64,000 nucleotides of DNA from Candidatus Entotheonellaceae bacterium (GTDB lineage: Bacteria > Tectomicrobia > Entotheonellia > Entotheonellales > Entotheonellaceae): assembly GCA_965238075.1 (NCBI GenBank), contig OZ250173.1, positions 1,856,001 through 1,920,000 of the forward strand, written 5' to 3'. Below the pieces are notes generated by a model that did no database searches, was not told the origin of the DNA, and saw only the letters and a list, made by a program, of their open reading frames with translations. This document shows, one piece after another, positions 32,700-42,768 of this stretch (its first letter is position 1; each line of letters opens with the position of its first letter). Made by a program: the position numbers and the translations under genes.

Positions 32700-32880
32700 C
32701 TCCTGCCTCTTAAAATTAAATAGTAGTAAACTTAAATCCGATGAATATGTGAAGAAAGGTCCCAACCCTTTCTTGATACGGCGTTTTCCTTGTGAGTAAA
32801 TTTTCCCCTGTGGATAAATTCTTATCCACACACCCGATGCGCCTGCGCTTGTGGAAAACTGATATTCGTGATTTCCACAT
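32700..32880. other. oriC: replication origin oriC (DnaA boxes, DnaA-trios, AT-rich unwinding element)
   Basis: Perfect boxes at 32809-32817 (TGTGGATAA), 32822-32830 (TTATCCACA) and 32850-32858 (TGTGGAAAA). One-mismatch boxes at 32748-32756, 32791-32799 and 32871-32879. TAGTAGTAA trios at 32721-32729 sit next to an AT run, directly upstream of dnaN. Confidence 0.85.
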
Positions 32881-33880
32881 CTGTATTTGCAAGTGTTTTA
32901 CGCAGCACACGAACCGTCCCCGCGAGACCTGCATCGCTGTTTAGCAAATCGCTGATCCTCCGATAAGCATGCTGAACCGTAGCCGTGCTACGACCGCCAA
33001 ATAGCCGGCCGATCTCCGGTAATGGTACATCGGTCAGTTCCTGGCACAGGTACATAGCAATTTGCCGCGGTATGAGGACAGCGTGGTCGCGATGTTTAGC
33101 CTTGATCTCCGATACCTTCACGCCAAAATAGCTGGCAACAGTTTGTTGGATGACCGAAATCTGGTGCTGATTCGTTGTGTGCGTCTGGCGTAACATGTCG
33201 CTGATGAGTCCATCATCAATGGAGCTGTCGTGCAACGAGGCATACGTTGCCAAGCGGGTCAGGCTGTTCTCCAGTTCTCGAATGTTCATCTGTGAATTCG
33301 ATGCGATGCGACTCGCTACGCTGTCGGGCAATGAGATATGGTAAGCGGCAGCTTTCTGGCGGAGGATGGCCAAGCGTGTTTCCAGTTCCGGAGGCTGAAT
33401 CTCGACGATGACCCCGCAACTCAACCGCGACTGTAGGCGCAAATCAAGGGATGTGATGTCCTGAGGTGTGGTCGTGCTCGCCATGACGATCTGTTTGCCG
33501 GTATTCAGCAGAACATCGAGGGTATGCAGCAGCGTTTGCTGCGTGTAGCTCTTACCGGCGATGTCCTGGATGTCGTCTACAAGCAGGATGTCCGTCTTCA
33601 GATACTGGCTACGCAGCGTCTCGATACGGCCATTTTGCAAAGCGTTGTGTAGTTTGTGGCTGAGGCTGTCAGGTGTCAGATAGGTGGTCTGCCAAGCGGG
33701 TTTACTTTCACTGAGGTGGTGGCCGATGGCAAGCAGCAAATGGGTTTTGCCCAAGCTGTCTCCCGCCCGAATAAGCAACGGATTATATGCGGCGGCAGGG
33801 TCGTTGGCGACGGCCAGGGCGGCTTGGTATGCGAGTCGGTTGGAGGGGCCGACTATGAAGTTGATGAATGTATGATTCAT
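32822..33880 (-). CDS. divergent DnaA paralog lacking domains I-II
   Basis: HTFINFIVGPSN, YNPLLIRAGDSLGKTHLL, VDDIQ, LQSRL, NIRELE and RQIAMYL..EIGRLFGGRSTATV. At most 48 in-frame codons precede the AAA+ domain. Confidence 0.88.
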   Translation of the reverse strand: MNHTFINFIVGPSNRLAYQAALAVANDPAAAYNPLLIRAGDSLGKTHLLLAIGHHLSESKPAWQTTYLTPDSLSHKLHNALQNGRIETLRSQYLKTDILLVDDIQDIAGKSYTQQTLLHTLDVLLNTGKQIVMASTTTPQDITSLDLRLQSRLSCGVIVEIQPPELETRLAILRQKAAAYHISLPDSVASRIASNSQMNIRELENSLTRLATYASLHDSSIDDGLISDMLRQTHTTNQHQISVIQQTVASYFGVKVSEIKAKHRDHAVLIPRQIAMYLCQELTDVPLPEIGRLFGGRSTATVQHAYRRISDLLNSDAGLAGTVRVLRKTLANTDVEITNISFPQAQAHRVCG

Positions 33881-34013
33881 GATGTCAGGGAGGATTGTGG
33901 TGACTGAAGGGAAGGTAGCATCAGGACAGTAGAAATTCACATTTTGCACAGGCCGAATACTAGCAAATTTATCGTTCTCTGACAAAGTCTTATTGCATCT
34001 TCTCAGGCGTTTC

Positions 34014-34043
34014 TTGACACCCACTTAGCGTGGGTGATACCCT
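34014..34043 (+). promoter_or_regulatory. putative rpmH promoter
   Basis: TTGACA-N18-TACCCT with an extended -10 TG. Confidence 0.45.
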
Positions 34044-34095
34044 CTGCCTTCTCAAACCACATATTTCCATTTTCATACAGGTTACTCCAAAACCC

Positions 34096-34248
34096 ATGAA
34101 ACGGACCTATCAACCGAAGAGGGTGAAGAGGCTGCGGAAGCACGGCTTCCGTGCCCGGATGGCGACCAAGGAGGGTCGTCGCGTGCTACGGAGGCGGCGC
34201 CTCAAAGGCCGGTGGCGTTTGGCCGTCACGGCTAGTCGCAACGATTGA
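34096..34248 (+). CDS. rpmH: 50S ribosomal protein L34
   Basis: [35 protein letters not shown]. Confidence 0.97.
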   Translation: MKRTYQPKRVKRLRKHGFRARMATKEGRRVLRRRRLKGRWRLAVTASRND

Positions 34249-34261
34249 TGGAAGACGGCGT

Positions 34262-34621
34262 ATGGGTGACCAGCGCCTGCAATCCGTGGAACGTTTGCGG
34301 TGTCCGAGGGCCTATCGGCGGGTTTTCCAACAGGGGAAGAAGCTGTTAAGCCCTCTCTTTGTCTTCTACATCTTGCCTACCTCGCAACCCCACTCACGTT
34401 TGGGTTTGGCCGTGTCGAAACGCATTGGCTCGGCGGTGGTGCGTAATCGTGTCAAACGCCGTCTGCGCGAGGTGTTTCGCCGTCACAAGAACCTGTTGAA
34501 CCCGCACAGTGACGTCGTTGTCGTAGCTCGCAGTGCAGCGGCCAATGCGCCGGCTAGCGTCTACACGGAACAGTTTTGCGGGTTGTTGCGCGGTCGCCAG
34601 AGCGGGAGGCAAGAAGCCTGA
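34262..34621 (+). CDS. rnpA: ribonuclease P protein component
   Basis: RLGLAVSKRIGSAVVRNRVKRRLRE (RNR motif). Confidence 0.95.
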   Translation: MGDQRLQSVERLRCPRAYRRVFQQGKKLLSPLFVFYILPTSQPHSRLGLAVSKRIGSAVVRNRVKRRLREVFRRHKNLLNPHSDVVVVARSAAANAPASVYTEQFCGLLRGRQSGRQEA

Positions 34622-34628
34622 GTTCGTG

Positions 34629-34865
34629 ATGACTAAATTGTTGATCGTTCTCATCCGGGTATACCAAAAGGCCCTGTCGCCTCTCTTTCCCCCGTCTTGC
34701 CGTTTTTATCCCAGTTGTTCCGAGTATGTCGTTCAGGCGCTGCACGCGTATGGCTTGTGGCGCGGCCTGTTGAAAGGCGCTTGGCGCGTGCTGCGGTGCC
34801 AACCCCTGTCGCGCGGCGGCGTTGATTTTCCCATCCCTGGTGGGAATCGTGTCATAGGACGTTAG
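34629..34865 (+). CDS. yidD: membrane protein insertion efficiency factor YidD
   Basis: YQKALSP..CRFYPSCSEY..RVLRCQP..GGVD. Confidence 0.93.
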   Translation: MTKLLIVLIRVYQKALSPLFPPSCRFYPSCSEYVVQALHAYGLWRGLLKGAWRVLRCQPLSRGGVDFPIPGGNRVIGR

Positions 34866-34866
34866 C

Positions 34867-36558
34867 ATGGAAAAACGAGCCATTCTGGCCATCGTAATGT
34901 CCTTGGTCGTGGTCGTTGCGTGGTCGCTTTTGTTTGCGCCTTCGACGCCGCCCCCAACGGAATTTGACGAGACCGTTCCGCCCAGTGCCCTTTCGCCCGA
35001 TACGCAGCTACCGCCGGGATCCATCCGCATTGCGGAACAGGAAACCCCGTCCGCTCCCGGCGAAGCCGTGAAGCGGACTGATTCTGATATTCAGGAGCGA
35101 CTCATCCAGATTGATACCGGTGTGGCGCTCGTCACCCTGACGAGCCGCGGCGCCGGGGTGCAGACGGTGCAGTTTCGCAATTACCACACGGGTCTTGACG
35201 ACGACGCGACGCCCATTGAGATTACCCCGGTGCGTGGTGCATCAACGGTGCCGCTGGCGGCCAACGTTGTGATGGACGGCACCCTGGCGATCCCGCTGGG
35301 CCGCCAGATCTTCGCGAGCGACAGTGAGGACGTGGTACTGTCCGACTACCGTACGGACGCCGAGGTCAGCTTTCATACCACTCTGGAAAACGGCGTCACC
35401 GTGCACCGTAATTATCGATTTACCCTCGGTCGATACGACTTTGAGGTAGGCACCTCGGTGCAGGGCTTGCCACCACGTGCCAGGAATGCCTTGCATCTGC
35501 AATGGGGACCCGGGCTTCTCGACCCCGGCGATGACGAGGTGCGCCGCGGCCAGACGGCCGCCCTGCCCCGGAGTTACGTGAGCGGCAAAATCTTCGACGC
35601 GGTCCCGGATGAAGACGGCGCCCCCGTCGTTGAGCAGGGATCGGTCTCGTGGGCTTCCCTCGGTGACACCTACTTTACCGCCGTCCTCATTCCCCGCGAG
35701 CCGCAAGCCGACGCCGTCATCGTCAGCAGTAGCCGGGAGGGGGCGCTGACTGTTGCCGTCCGTACCCCCCTGCACCCCGACAGGCCTCAGCAAATCGTGC
35801 AGGTGTATGTCGGGCCCAAGGAGAAGCCTCTACTGGAGGCCGTTGAGCCCTCGCTCGGCAAGGTCATTGATCTTGGCTTTTTCTCCCCCATGGCCCGGCC
35901 CATGCTGCAGCTTCTGCGTTTGGTCAACCGCTGGGTTCACAACTACGGCGTGTCTATCATTCTCGTCACGATCCTCATTAAAATCATCTTCTGGCCGCTG
36001 ACCCACAAAAGCTACAAGTCCATGAAGGCGATGCAGAAATTGCAACCTAGAATGAAGGAGTTACAGGCGCTTTACAAAGACGACAAGCAGGGTCTCAATC
36101 GCGCCACGATGCAGCTCTACCGCGACCAGAAGGTCAACCCGATGGGCGGCTGCCTGCCGATGATCCTGCAAATTCCCTTCTTCTTCGCTTTTTATAATGC
36201 CCTCCTGTATTCCATTGAATTGCGCCATGCCCCGTTTATTTGTTGGGAAAACGAAGTCCTTTGGGGCTTCCGCGGCATCTGCGACCTGTCGGTGTATGAC
36301 CCGTCGTACATCACCCCCGTGCTGATGGGCGCCACCATGTTCTGGCAGCAGAGCATGACACCCACCGTGGGCGACCCGACGCAGGCCAAGATCATGAAGT
36401 TCATGCCGCTGATGTTTCTGTTCTTTTTCCTGAACGCGCCGGCCGGTTTGGTGGTGTATTGGCTGTTCAACAACATGCTCAGTGTCGTGCAGCAGATGTT
36501 GACGAATCGTACCCGCGGGCTGGAAAAGACCAGCGCCGGGACCGTGAGCAAACGCTAG
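34867..36558 (+). CDS. yidC: membrane protein insertase YidC
   Basis: N-terminal TM, periplasmic domain, NYGVSII..LQP..NPMGGCLP..Q.P, ELRHAPF and PAGLVVYW. Confidence 0.96.
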   Translation: MEKRAILAIVMSLVVVVAWSLLFAPSTPPPTEFDETVPPSALSPDTQLPPGSIRIAEQETPSAPGEAVKRTDSDIQERLIQIDTGVALVTLTSRGAGVQTVQFRNYHTGLDDDATPIEITPVRGASTVPLAANVVMDGTLAIPLGRQIFASDSEDVVLSDYRTDAEVSFHTTLENGVTVHRNYRFTLGRYDFEVGTSVQGLPPRARNALHLQWGPGLLDPGDDEVRRGQTAALPRSYVSGKIFDAVPDEDGAPVVEQGSVSWASLGDTYFTAVLIPREPQADAVIVSSSREGALTVAVRTPLHPDRPQQIVQVYVGPKEKPLLEAVEPSLGKVIDLGFFSPMARPMLQLLRLVNRWVHNYGVSIILVTILIKIIFWPLTHKSYKSMKAMQKLQPRMKELQALYKDDKQGLNRATMQLYRDQKVNPMGGCLPMILQIPFFFAFYNALLYSIELRHAPFICWENEVLWGFRGICDLSVYDPSYITPVLMGATMFWQQSMTPTVGDPTQAKIMKFMPLMFLFFFLNAPAGLVVYWLFNNMLSVVQQMLTNRTRGLEKTSAGTVSKR

Positions 36559-36571
36559 GCGAGGCGGAGGC

Positions 36572-37960
36572 GTGGAAGCGTCCCGGCACGACACGATCGC
36601 CGCCATTGCTACGCCGTTAGGCGTGGGCGGGATCGGCGTGGTGCGCGTCAGTGGACCGGTCGCCGTCGCCGTGGCGCAGCGAGTATTCGTGCGGCCCAGC
36701 GGTTTGCCGCTGACACGTCTGCAATCGCACCGCGTCTATCATGGGTTCGTGGTTGATGAACAAGGTGAGCGGATCGACGAAGCGTTGCTCTGCGTCATGC
36801 GGCAGCCGCATTCCTACACGCGCGAGGACGTGGTGGAGATCAGTTGCCACGGTGGCGTGATGACCACGCAGCGCGTTCTGGAAACGGTTTTGGCGCCGGG
36901 CGTGCGGGTGGCCGAACCCGGCGAGTTTACGCGGCGGGCGTTCCTCAACGGGCGCCTCGACCTCACCCAGGCCGAGGCGGTCATCGACCTGATCAACGCC
37001 CGCACCCAGGCGAGCCATCGTGCCGCCATCAATCAACTCGACGGCGCCCTGTCCCGCCATCTCCGGGCGCTACGCGAGGAATTGATACAGGTCAGCGTCT
37101 ACCTGGAGGCGGGGATCGATTTTCCCGAAGAAGACTTGCAATTGGTCTCCGAGGCGGTCCTCTGCGAGCGATTACAGGCGGTGGCAACTCAGCTGGAAGC
37201 TCTCAGCGCCTCGTTTGCGCGTGGCCGCTTGCTGCGCGACGGCATGGCCGTCGCCGTCGTTGGCCGTCCCAACGTGGGAAAATCCAGCCTCCTGAACGCC
37301 CTGTTAGGTCGCGACCGCGCTATCGTGTCACCGCAGCCGGGCACAACGCGCGACACCATTGAAGAGGAATTGAGCATCGACGGCGTGCTGGTGCGCCTGA
37401 CGGACACCGCCGGCCTTCACACCGCGGCGGATTTGATCGAGCAGGAAGGCATGCGCCGGGCTCGCACCGTGGTTGAGCGTGCCGAATTGTTGATCGTCGT
37501 ACTCGACGGCAGCGTCACGCTGACCGCGGACGACCTTCTGGTGCTGGCCGAGACAGCGGAAGTACCGCGCCTGCTGGTACGCAACAAATGTGATCTGCCC
37601 ATGTCTTGGCCCGTCGCTGACTTGGCATTGTCGGGCGCGTTGGATCCCGTGCTTGACGTCTCGGCCTTGCGGCAACATGGCCTGCACGAACTTGAGCAGG
37701 CCATTGTGCGCCAAGCGCTGGGCAACGAGCCGCTGAGTCAGGATGAGGTGCTTCTGACCCGCGTCCGGCACCATCAGCGCATCATAAGCGCCCTGGAGAA
37801 CGTCCGCACGGCGCGGCACGGCCTGCAACACGAGATGCCGCTTGAGTGCGTGGCGCTCGACGTCGGCGAGGCGCTGCAGCACATCGCCGACGTGCTCGGG
37901 GAGAGCGTCGCGGGCGAGGTGCTGGACCGCATTTTCCATCAATTCTGCGTGGGCAAATGA
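36572..37960 (+). CDS. mnmE: tRNA modification GTPase MnmE/TrmE
   Basis: DTIAAIATP, GEFTRRAFLNG, GRPNVGKSS, GTTRD, DTAG, NKCD and FCVGK. Confidence 0.96.
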   Translation: MEASRHDTIAAIATPLGVGGIGVVRVSGPVAVAVAQRVFVRPSGLPLTRLQSHRVYHGFVVDEQGERIDEALLCVMRQPHSYTREDVVEISCHGGVMTTQRVLETVLAPGVRVAEPGEFTRRAFLNGRLDLTQAEAVIDLINARTQASHRAAINQLDGALSRHLRALREELIQVSVYLEAGIDFPEEDLQLVSEAVLCERLQAVATQLEALSASFARGRLLRDGMAVAVVGRPNVGKSSLLNALLGRDRAIVSPQPGTTRDTIEEELSIDGVLVRLTDTAGLHTAADLIEQEGMRRARTVVERAELLIVVLDGSVTLTADDLLVLAETAEVPRLLVRNKCDLPMSWPVADLALSGALDPVLDVSALRQHGLHELEQAIVRQALGNEPLSQDEVLLTRVRHHQRIISALENVRTARHGLQHEMPLECVALDVGEALQHIADVLGESVAGEVLDRIFHQFCVGK

Positions 37961-37980
37961 CCCTTGTTGAGGAGTAGGCC

Positions 37981-39909
37981 ATGCCTGTGGCATCAACAAC
38001 CCGTAGGTATGACGTGATCGTGGTGGGAGCCGGGCACGCCGGCTGCGAGGCTGCCCTGGCCGCGGCGCGCATGGGCTGCCGCACCGCCGTTTTTACCACC
38101 AACCTGGACAGCATCGCCCTGATGCCCTGCAACCCCGCCATCGGTGGCATCGCCAAAGGCCACTTGGTGCGCGAGATCGACGCCATGGGCGGCGAAATGG
38201 CCCGCTGCATCGACAAGACGGGCATCCAGTTTCGCGTTTTGAACCGCAGCAAGGGGCCTGCCGTGCGCGGCTACCGCGCTCAGGCCGACAAGCTGGGTTA
38301 CCGCCTGGAGATGAAAGCGCGGCTGGAGGCGCAAGACGGCCTGGACATCAAGCAGGCGCTGATCGAGCGCTTACTGGTCGAAGGCGACCGTGTCTGCGGC
38401 GTCGTCACCCAAATGGGCGAGACGTATCAGGCCCGAGCCATCGTGGTCAGCACCGGCACCTTTCTCGGCGGCGTCATTCACGTCGGCCTCAGGCAGTTTC
38501 CGGCCGGTCGCGCCGGGGAATTTCCGGCCAACGGGCTGTCGCAGGACTACGCCGACCACGGCTTTCCGCTGGGTCGCCTCAAAACCGGTACCTGCCCGCG
38601 CCTCAATGCCCGCACCATCGACTTTGACAGCCTGGAGGTGCAACCCGCCGACGACCCGCCGCCGCCGTTCTCATTCGACACCGAGGCGATTACCCAATCC
38701 CAATTGCCCTGCTATCTGACTTACACTAATGACCGCACGCACGACGTCATCCGGCAGAATCTCGACCGCTCGCCGCTGTACAGCGGCGTGATCATGGGTG
38801 TTGGGCCACGCTACTGCCCGTCGATCGAAGACAAGGTCAAACGCTTTCCCGACAAGACGCGGCACCAAATTTTCCTCGAACCCGAGGGCCGCGACACGGT
38901 GGAAATCTACCCGAACGGTATTTCCACCAGCCTGCCCGAAGATGTTCAGGTCGCCATGGTGCGCACGATTCGTGGGTTGGAAGAGGCCGAAGTCATGCGC
39001 CCGGGCTATGCGGTGGAGTACGACTTCGTGCCGCCCACCGAGCTGCGCCCGACCCTGGAAACCAAGCGTCTCGCCGGCCTCTACCACGCCGGGCAGATCA
39101 ACGGCACTACCGGCTACGAAGAGGCCGCGGCGCAGGGCCTGATGGCCGGCATCAACGCGGCGCTCCAGGTACGCGGGCGACCGCCGCTGGTCATCAAGCG
39201 CACCGAGGGATACGTCGGCGTCCTCATTGACGACCTGGTGACGCTGGGCACCAGCGAGCCCTACCGCATGTTTACCTCGCGCTCGGAGTACCGCCTCATC
39301 CTGCGGCAGGACAACGCCGATCTGCGGCTGCGCGACAAGGGCTATGCGGTGGGTTTGGTGCCCGAGGATACTTACCGACGCTTCTGCGACAAACGCCAGC
39401 ACATCGAAGCGGAGATTGGCCGGCTCGCCGCCTGCCGCGTGATGCCCCATGCCGGGGTCAACGACTTGCTGACGCGGCGCGGCACCGACGCGCTCAGCCA
39501 GCCGGCCTTGGCGTCGGAGTTGCTCAGGCGGCCGCAATTGACCTATACCGACGTGCTGCAACTGATGGGCGAGGCGCCCGAACTCGGCCCGGATGTGATC
39601 GAGCAGGTCGAGATCCACCTGAAGTACGAGGGCTACATTCGGCGGCAGCTCGAACAAGTCGCGCGCGTCGCGCAGCTCGAAGACATGCCGCTGCCGACCG
39701 ATTTCGATTACTGCCAAGTGCCCGGCCTGTCGCTTGAGATTCAGGAAAAGCTGCTGCACATCCGTCCGGCCTCGCTGGGACAAGCCGGGCGTATTTCCGG
39801 CGTCACGCCCGCCGCGGTGGCCATCCTCATGGTCTATTTTCAGAAGCACCGCACCTCGCATGCCCACCACCGATCAACGCCTCAGGAAGCGCCTCTGCCA
39901 GCAGTGTGA
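37981..39909 (+). CDS. mnmG: tRNA uridine modification enzyme MnmG/GidA
   Basis: [47 protein letters not shown] and EPYRMFTSR. Confidence 0.97.
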   Translation: MPVASTTRRYDVIVVGAGHAGCEAALAAARMGCRTAVFTTNLDSIALMPCNPAIGGIAKGHLVREIDAMGGEMARCIDKTGIQFRVLNRSKGPAVRGYRAQADKLGYRLEMKARLEAQDGLDIKQALIERLLVEGDRVCGVVTQMGETYQARAIVVSTGTFLGGVIHVGLRQFPAGRAGEFPANGLSQDYADHGFPLGRLKTGTCPRLNARTIDFDSLEVQPADDPPPPFSFDTEAITQSQLPCYLTYTNDRTHDVIRQNLDRSPLYSGVIMGVGPRYCPSIEDKVKRFPDKTRHQIFLEPEGRDTVEIYPNGISTSLPEDVQVAMVRTIRGLEEAEVMRPGYAVEYDFVPPTELRPTLETKRLAGLYHAGQINGTTGYEEAAAQGLMAGINAALQVRGRPPLVIKRTEGYVGVLIDDLVTLGTSEPYRMFTSRSEYRLILRQDNADLRLRDKGYAVGLVPEDTYRRFCDKRQHIEAEIGRLAACRVMPHAGVNDLLTRRGTDALSQPALASELLRRPQLTYTDVLQLMGEAPELGPDVIEQVEIHLKYEGYIRRQLEQVARVAQLEDMPLPTDFDYCQVPGLSLEIQEKLLHIRPASLGQAGRISGVTPAAVAILMVYFQKHRTSHAHHRSTPQEAPLPAV

Positions 39910-40537
39910 GCGCCGCGGCCTCGACCTTTCCGCGGGCCAGGTTGACGCTTTGATGCGCTACCTGGAGCTTGTGTTGCAGGCGCGCCCGCACCTCAACCTC
40001 ACCGGCCTGCGCGACCCCGAACGCATCCTCGATGTGCTTATCATTGAGTCGCTCGATTTCTGCCGCCCCGATTTGATCCCCACCGCCGGGCGCGTTCTCG
40101 ACCTCGGCACCGGCGCCGGCGTGCCGGGCATGACGCTGGCCGTCTGGGGCGGCGCCCTTCATGTCACCCTCCTCGACCGCACCCGCAAGAAAATCGCCTT
40201 CGTGCGCCACGCTGCCTTGGCCCTGGGACTGCACAATTGCCACCCCGCCTGGGGTTCCGCTGAAGAACTATCCCGCCGCACGCCTCCCGACGAACGTTTC
40301 GATGCCGTCGTGGCGCGCGGCGTTGGTTCCATCGCCCACCTCATGCGACTCACCCTGCCCTTATTGCGCCCGCATGGAAAACTCCTGCTGCGCAAGCCGC
40401 CAGATAGTCCCGAGCACTGGGAAGCCGAGGCGCTTCTGGCTTCTCCCGCCTGGGCCGGCATGCGGACGTTCCCGCTGCCCGAGAACGGCGCCACGGCGTG
40501 GGTTCTGCTAGCCATTGAGCGTAGCGTCGCCGCTTGA
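39860..40537 (+). CDS. rsmG: 16S rRNA m7G527 methyltransferase RsmG/GidB
   Basis: [21 protein letters not shown] and FDAVVARG. It follows mnmG. Confidence 0.9.
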   Translation: MPTTDQRLRKRLCQQCERRGLDLSAGQVDALMRYLELVLQARPHLNLTGLRDPERILDVLIIESLDFCRPDLIPTAGRVLDLGTGAGVPGMTLAVWGGALHVTLLDRTRKKIAFVRHAALALGLHNCHPAWGSAEELSRRTPPDERFDAVVARGVGSIAHLMRLTLPLLRPHGKLLLRKPPDSPEHWEAEALLASPAWAGMRTFPLPENGATAWVLLAIERSVAA

Positions 40538-40589
40538 CGCGACCTCGAATCTCCCTTTTGATGTCACAAAGGACCGCTTCTTTGTAGAT

Positions 40590-41108
40590 CTACAAAGAAC
40601 GATAAGGACGGTACGCTTCGTGTCCCGGGGCACGCAATTCGTCCCCGAGTTGGTTATAGGTGTAGTGGTACGGAGGCCCGTCGGCCTCAACCTCCACCCC
40701 CAATATCATCGGTATCCTCAACCTCTTGGCCTTTTCTTCATAAGGCAGAGATCCTTTGGCCGGGTCTATTATCCTGTCCCTTCTGTCGTACACAAAAAGG
40801 ACCGGTATCGGGGGATCAAGCCCCACCAATTCCTCCAGGTGGTCAAAAGGATCGTATTGACCCGGATGGTGTTTATATTTTCCGTAGAGTGGTGGTGCGG
40901 ACAAACCAACCGTCGCCACCAGGTGTTGCAATGGTGGGTGTTGGTAGATACTGGCCGCCACCAAGGACCCGCCACTGTGGCCATAGAGGTTAAAGAGTTC
41001 AAGAACTCATCGCTCAGATAGCGAAATAATACTCTCTGAGTCGGGATTTCGCCAGTGTCGGTAGTAGCCATGCGGTCTGTAGACCGCAATCGGATCCTCT
41101 TCCCGTTC
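40590..41108 (-). pseudogene. 3' half of a split alpha/beta hydrolase
   Basis: The frame upstream of the listed ORF reads LELFNLYGHSGGSLVAAS (nucleophile elbow), then IPVLFVYDRRD (acid) and APGHEA (His). Its 5' part duplicates 42658-42768. Confidence 0.65.
40996..41108. repeat. left copy of ~110 bp imperfect direct repeat flanking the IS3 element
   Basis: 41064-41108 is identical over 45 bp to 42724-42768. The remainder aligns with indels. Confidence 0.9.
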
Positions 41109-41113
41109 CCTCT

Positions 41114-42660
41114 TGCCAACTGACTGAGACACCGGGACCCCTCGGTTGAATTACTGTAGGGCGGTGGAGGTGAAAACCGATGACCGCAGAGAGAGACTCG
41201 ATGACATTGAATGAGATTCCCTATCCGTCCCTGGGGGTCGAGGAGCGTAGCGACGAGGCCCCCAGGGACGGCCGAGCCAGAGCGACGCCGGACCCGGAGG
41301 TCGTGGCCAAGCCGAAGCGGCGCCAGTTCACCGCGCAGTATCGGCTGCGGACCCTTGAGGAGGCCGATCGCTGCACACAGCCCGGCGAGGTTGGCCGCCT
41401 GCTTCGCCGCGAGGGGTTGTACAGCTCTCATCTGGCGACTTGGCGCAAGGCGCGGCGCAAGGGCTCGTTGCGGGAGTTGGCCTCGAAGAAGCGCGGCGCG
41501 AAACCGGCCGAACGCAACCCGTTGGATGCGAAGGTGCGCGTGCTCGAAGCGAAAGTGGCTCGCCTGGAACACGAGTTGCACACCGCGCACACGATCCTGG
41601 ACGTGCAGGGAAAAGTTGCCGGGCTGCTGGGATTGAACCTCGAACACGAAACGCGCTCCTGATGGCGGCCCAACCGCTGGCGGAGCAGGTCGGCGTCGTG
41701 CCGGCGTGCCAGGCGCTGGGCGTGTCGCGGGCGACTTTCTACCGTCGTCAGAGGTTAACTCCCGGGCACCAGCAGCCCCGTTCAACGCCCGCCCGGGCGC
41801 TGTGTGACTCCGAGCGCGAGCAGGTCCTCGATGTGCTCGCCTGTCCACGCTTCGTTGACCGTGCGCCGGCGGAGGTTGTGGCGACGCTGCTCGACGAAGG
41901 CCACTACCTGTGCTCGGAGCGTACGATGTATCGGATCCTGGCCACCAACCAGCCGGTCCGAGAAGGCGCAATCAGCGTGAGCATCCCCAGTACGCCAAAC
42001 CCGAACTGGTGGCCACGGCCCCGAACCAGACCTGGTCCTGGGATATCACCAAACTGCTGGGGCCGACGAAGTGGACGTACTTCTACCTCTACGTCGTGCT
42101 CGACATCTTCAGCCGCTACGCGGTCGGCTGGATGGTCGCCGACCGGGAGAACTCGGCGCTGGCCGCTTGTCTCATCGAAGAGACCTGCCACAAACAAGGC
42201 GTCCGGCCCCAGATCCTCACCTTGCACTCCGACCGCGGGGCGCCGATGACGAGCAAGTGCACCGCACAACTGCTCGCCGACCTCGGGGTCACGCGGTCGC
42301 TGAGCCGCCCCCAGGTGTCCGATGACAACCCGTTCTCCGAGGCGCAGTTCAAGACCCTGAAGTATCACCCAGGCTTCCCTGGGCGCTTTCACAACATCAC
42401 CGCCGCCATCGCCTTCTGTCGAACGTTCTTCCCTTGGTACAACACCGAGCATCGACATGGCGGCATTGCCATGCTCACCCCGGGCGACGTCCATCACCAT
42501 CGAACCCAGAGCGTGCTGCACCAGCGCCGGCGGACCCTTCAAGCCGCTTGGACCCGTCATCCCGAACGCTTCGTTCGAGGCATCCCAAAACCAGACCCCC
42601 TGCCCGAAGCGGTCTGGATCAATCCACCCGTGAGATCCACAACAGGAGAAACTGCTCAGT
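41114..42660 (+). mobile_element. defective IS3-family element
   Basis: Left end TGCCAACTGACTGAGACACCG, orfA 41180-41662 and orfB from ATG 41662 with DDE core (WSWDIT, LHSDRG, DDNPFSE). There is a -1 frameshift near 41960, and no right inverted repeat is seen. Confidence 0.88.
41180..41662 (+). CDS. IS3-family transposase OrfA
   Basis: PDPEV..KRRQFTAQYRL..LLRREGLYSSHL HTH plus a leucine-zipper-like C-terminus. Confidence 0.85.
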   Translation: MTAERDSMTLNEIPYPSLGVEERSDEAPRDGRARATPDPEVVAKPKRRQFTAQYRLRTLEEADRCTQPGEVGRLLRREGLYSSHLATWRKARRKGSLRELASKKRGAKPAERNPLDAKVRVLEAKVARLEHELHTAHTILDVQGKVAGLLGLNLEHETRS

Positions 42661-42686
42661 TCAATCCCGAACTCATCGCGAAATAA
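41662..42686 (+). pseudogene. IS3-family transposase OrfB, frameshifted
   Basis: The N-part (ACQALGVSRATFYR..CSERTMYRIL) and C-part (RRNQREHP..rve core) are in different frames. Confidence 0.85.
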
Positions 42687-42768
42687 TACTCTCAGATTTC
42701 ATCGTTAAACGTTCAGTGTCGGTGTAGCCATGCGGTCTGTAGACCGCAATCGGATCCTCTTCCCGTTC
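42658..42768. repeat. right copy of ~110 bp imperfect direct repeat
   Basis: Matches 40996-41108 and contains the palindrome TGCGGTCT-gt-AGACCGCA. Confidence 0.9.

Noticed and set aside
32822-33880. Hda call for the short DnaA
   Set aside because: It retains a domain IV and lacks the N-terminal QLxL clamp-binding motif.
41000-41012. In-frame TGA as selenocysteine/readthrough in the hydrolase
   Set aside because: It is better explained by frameshifting indels revealed by the second repeat copy.
40769-41971. 400 aa minus-strand ORF
   Set aside because: It is a chimera of IS3 antisense sequence and a shifted frame of the hydrolase remnant.
40996-42768. Diversity-generating retroelement TR/VR pair
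   Set aside because: The differences are indels rather than adenine-specific substitutions, and no reverse transcriptase is present.
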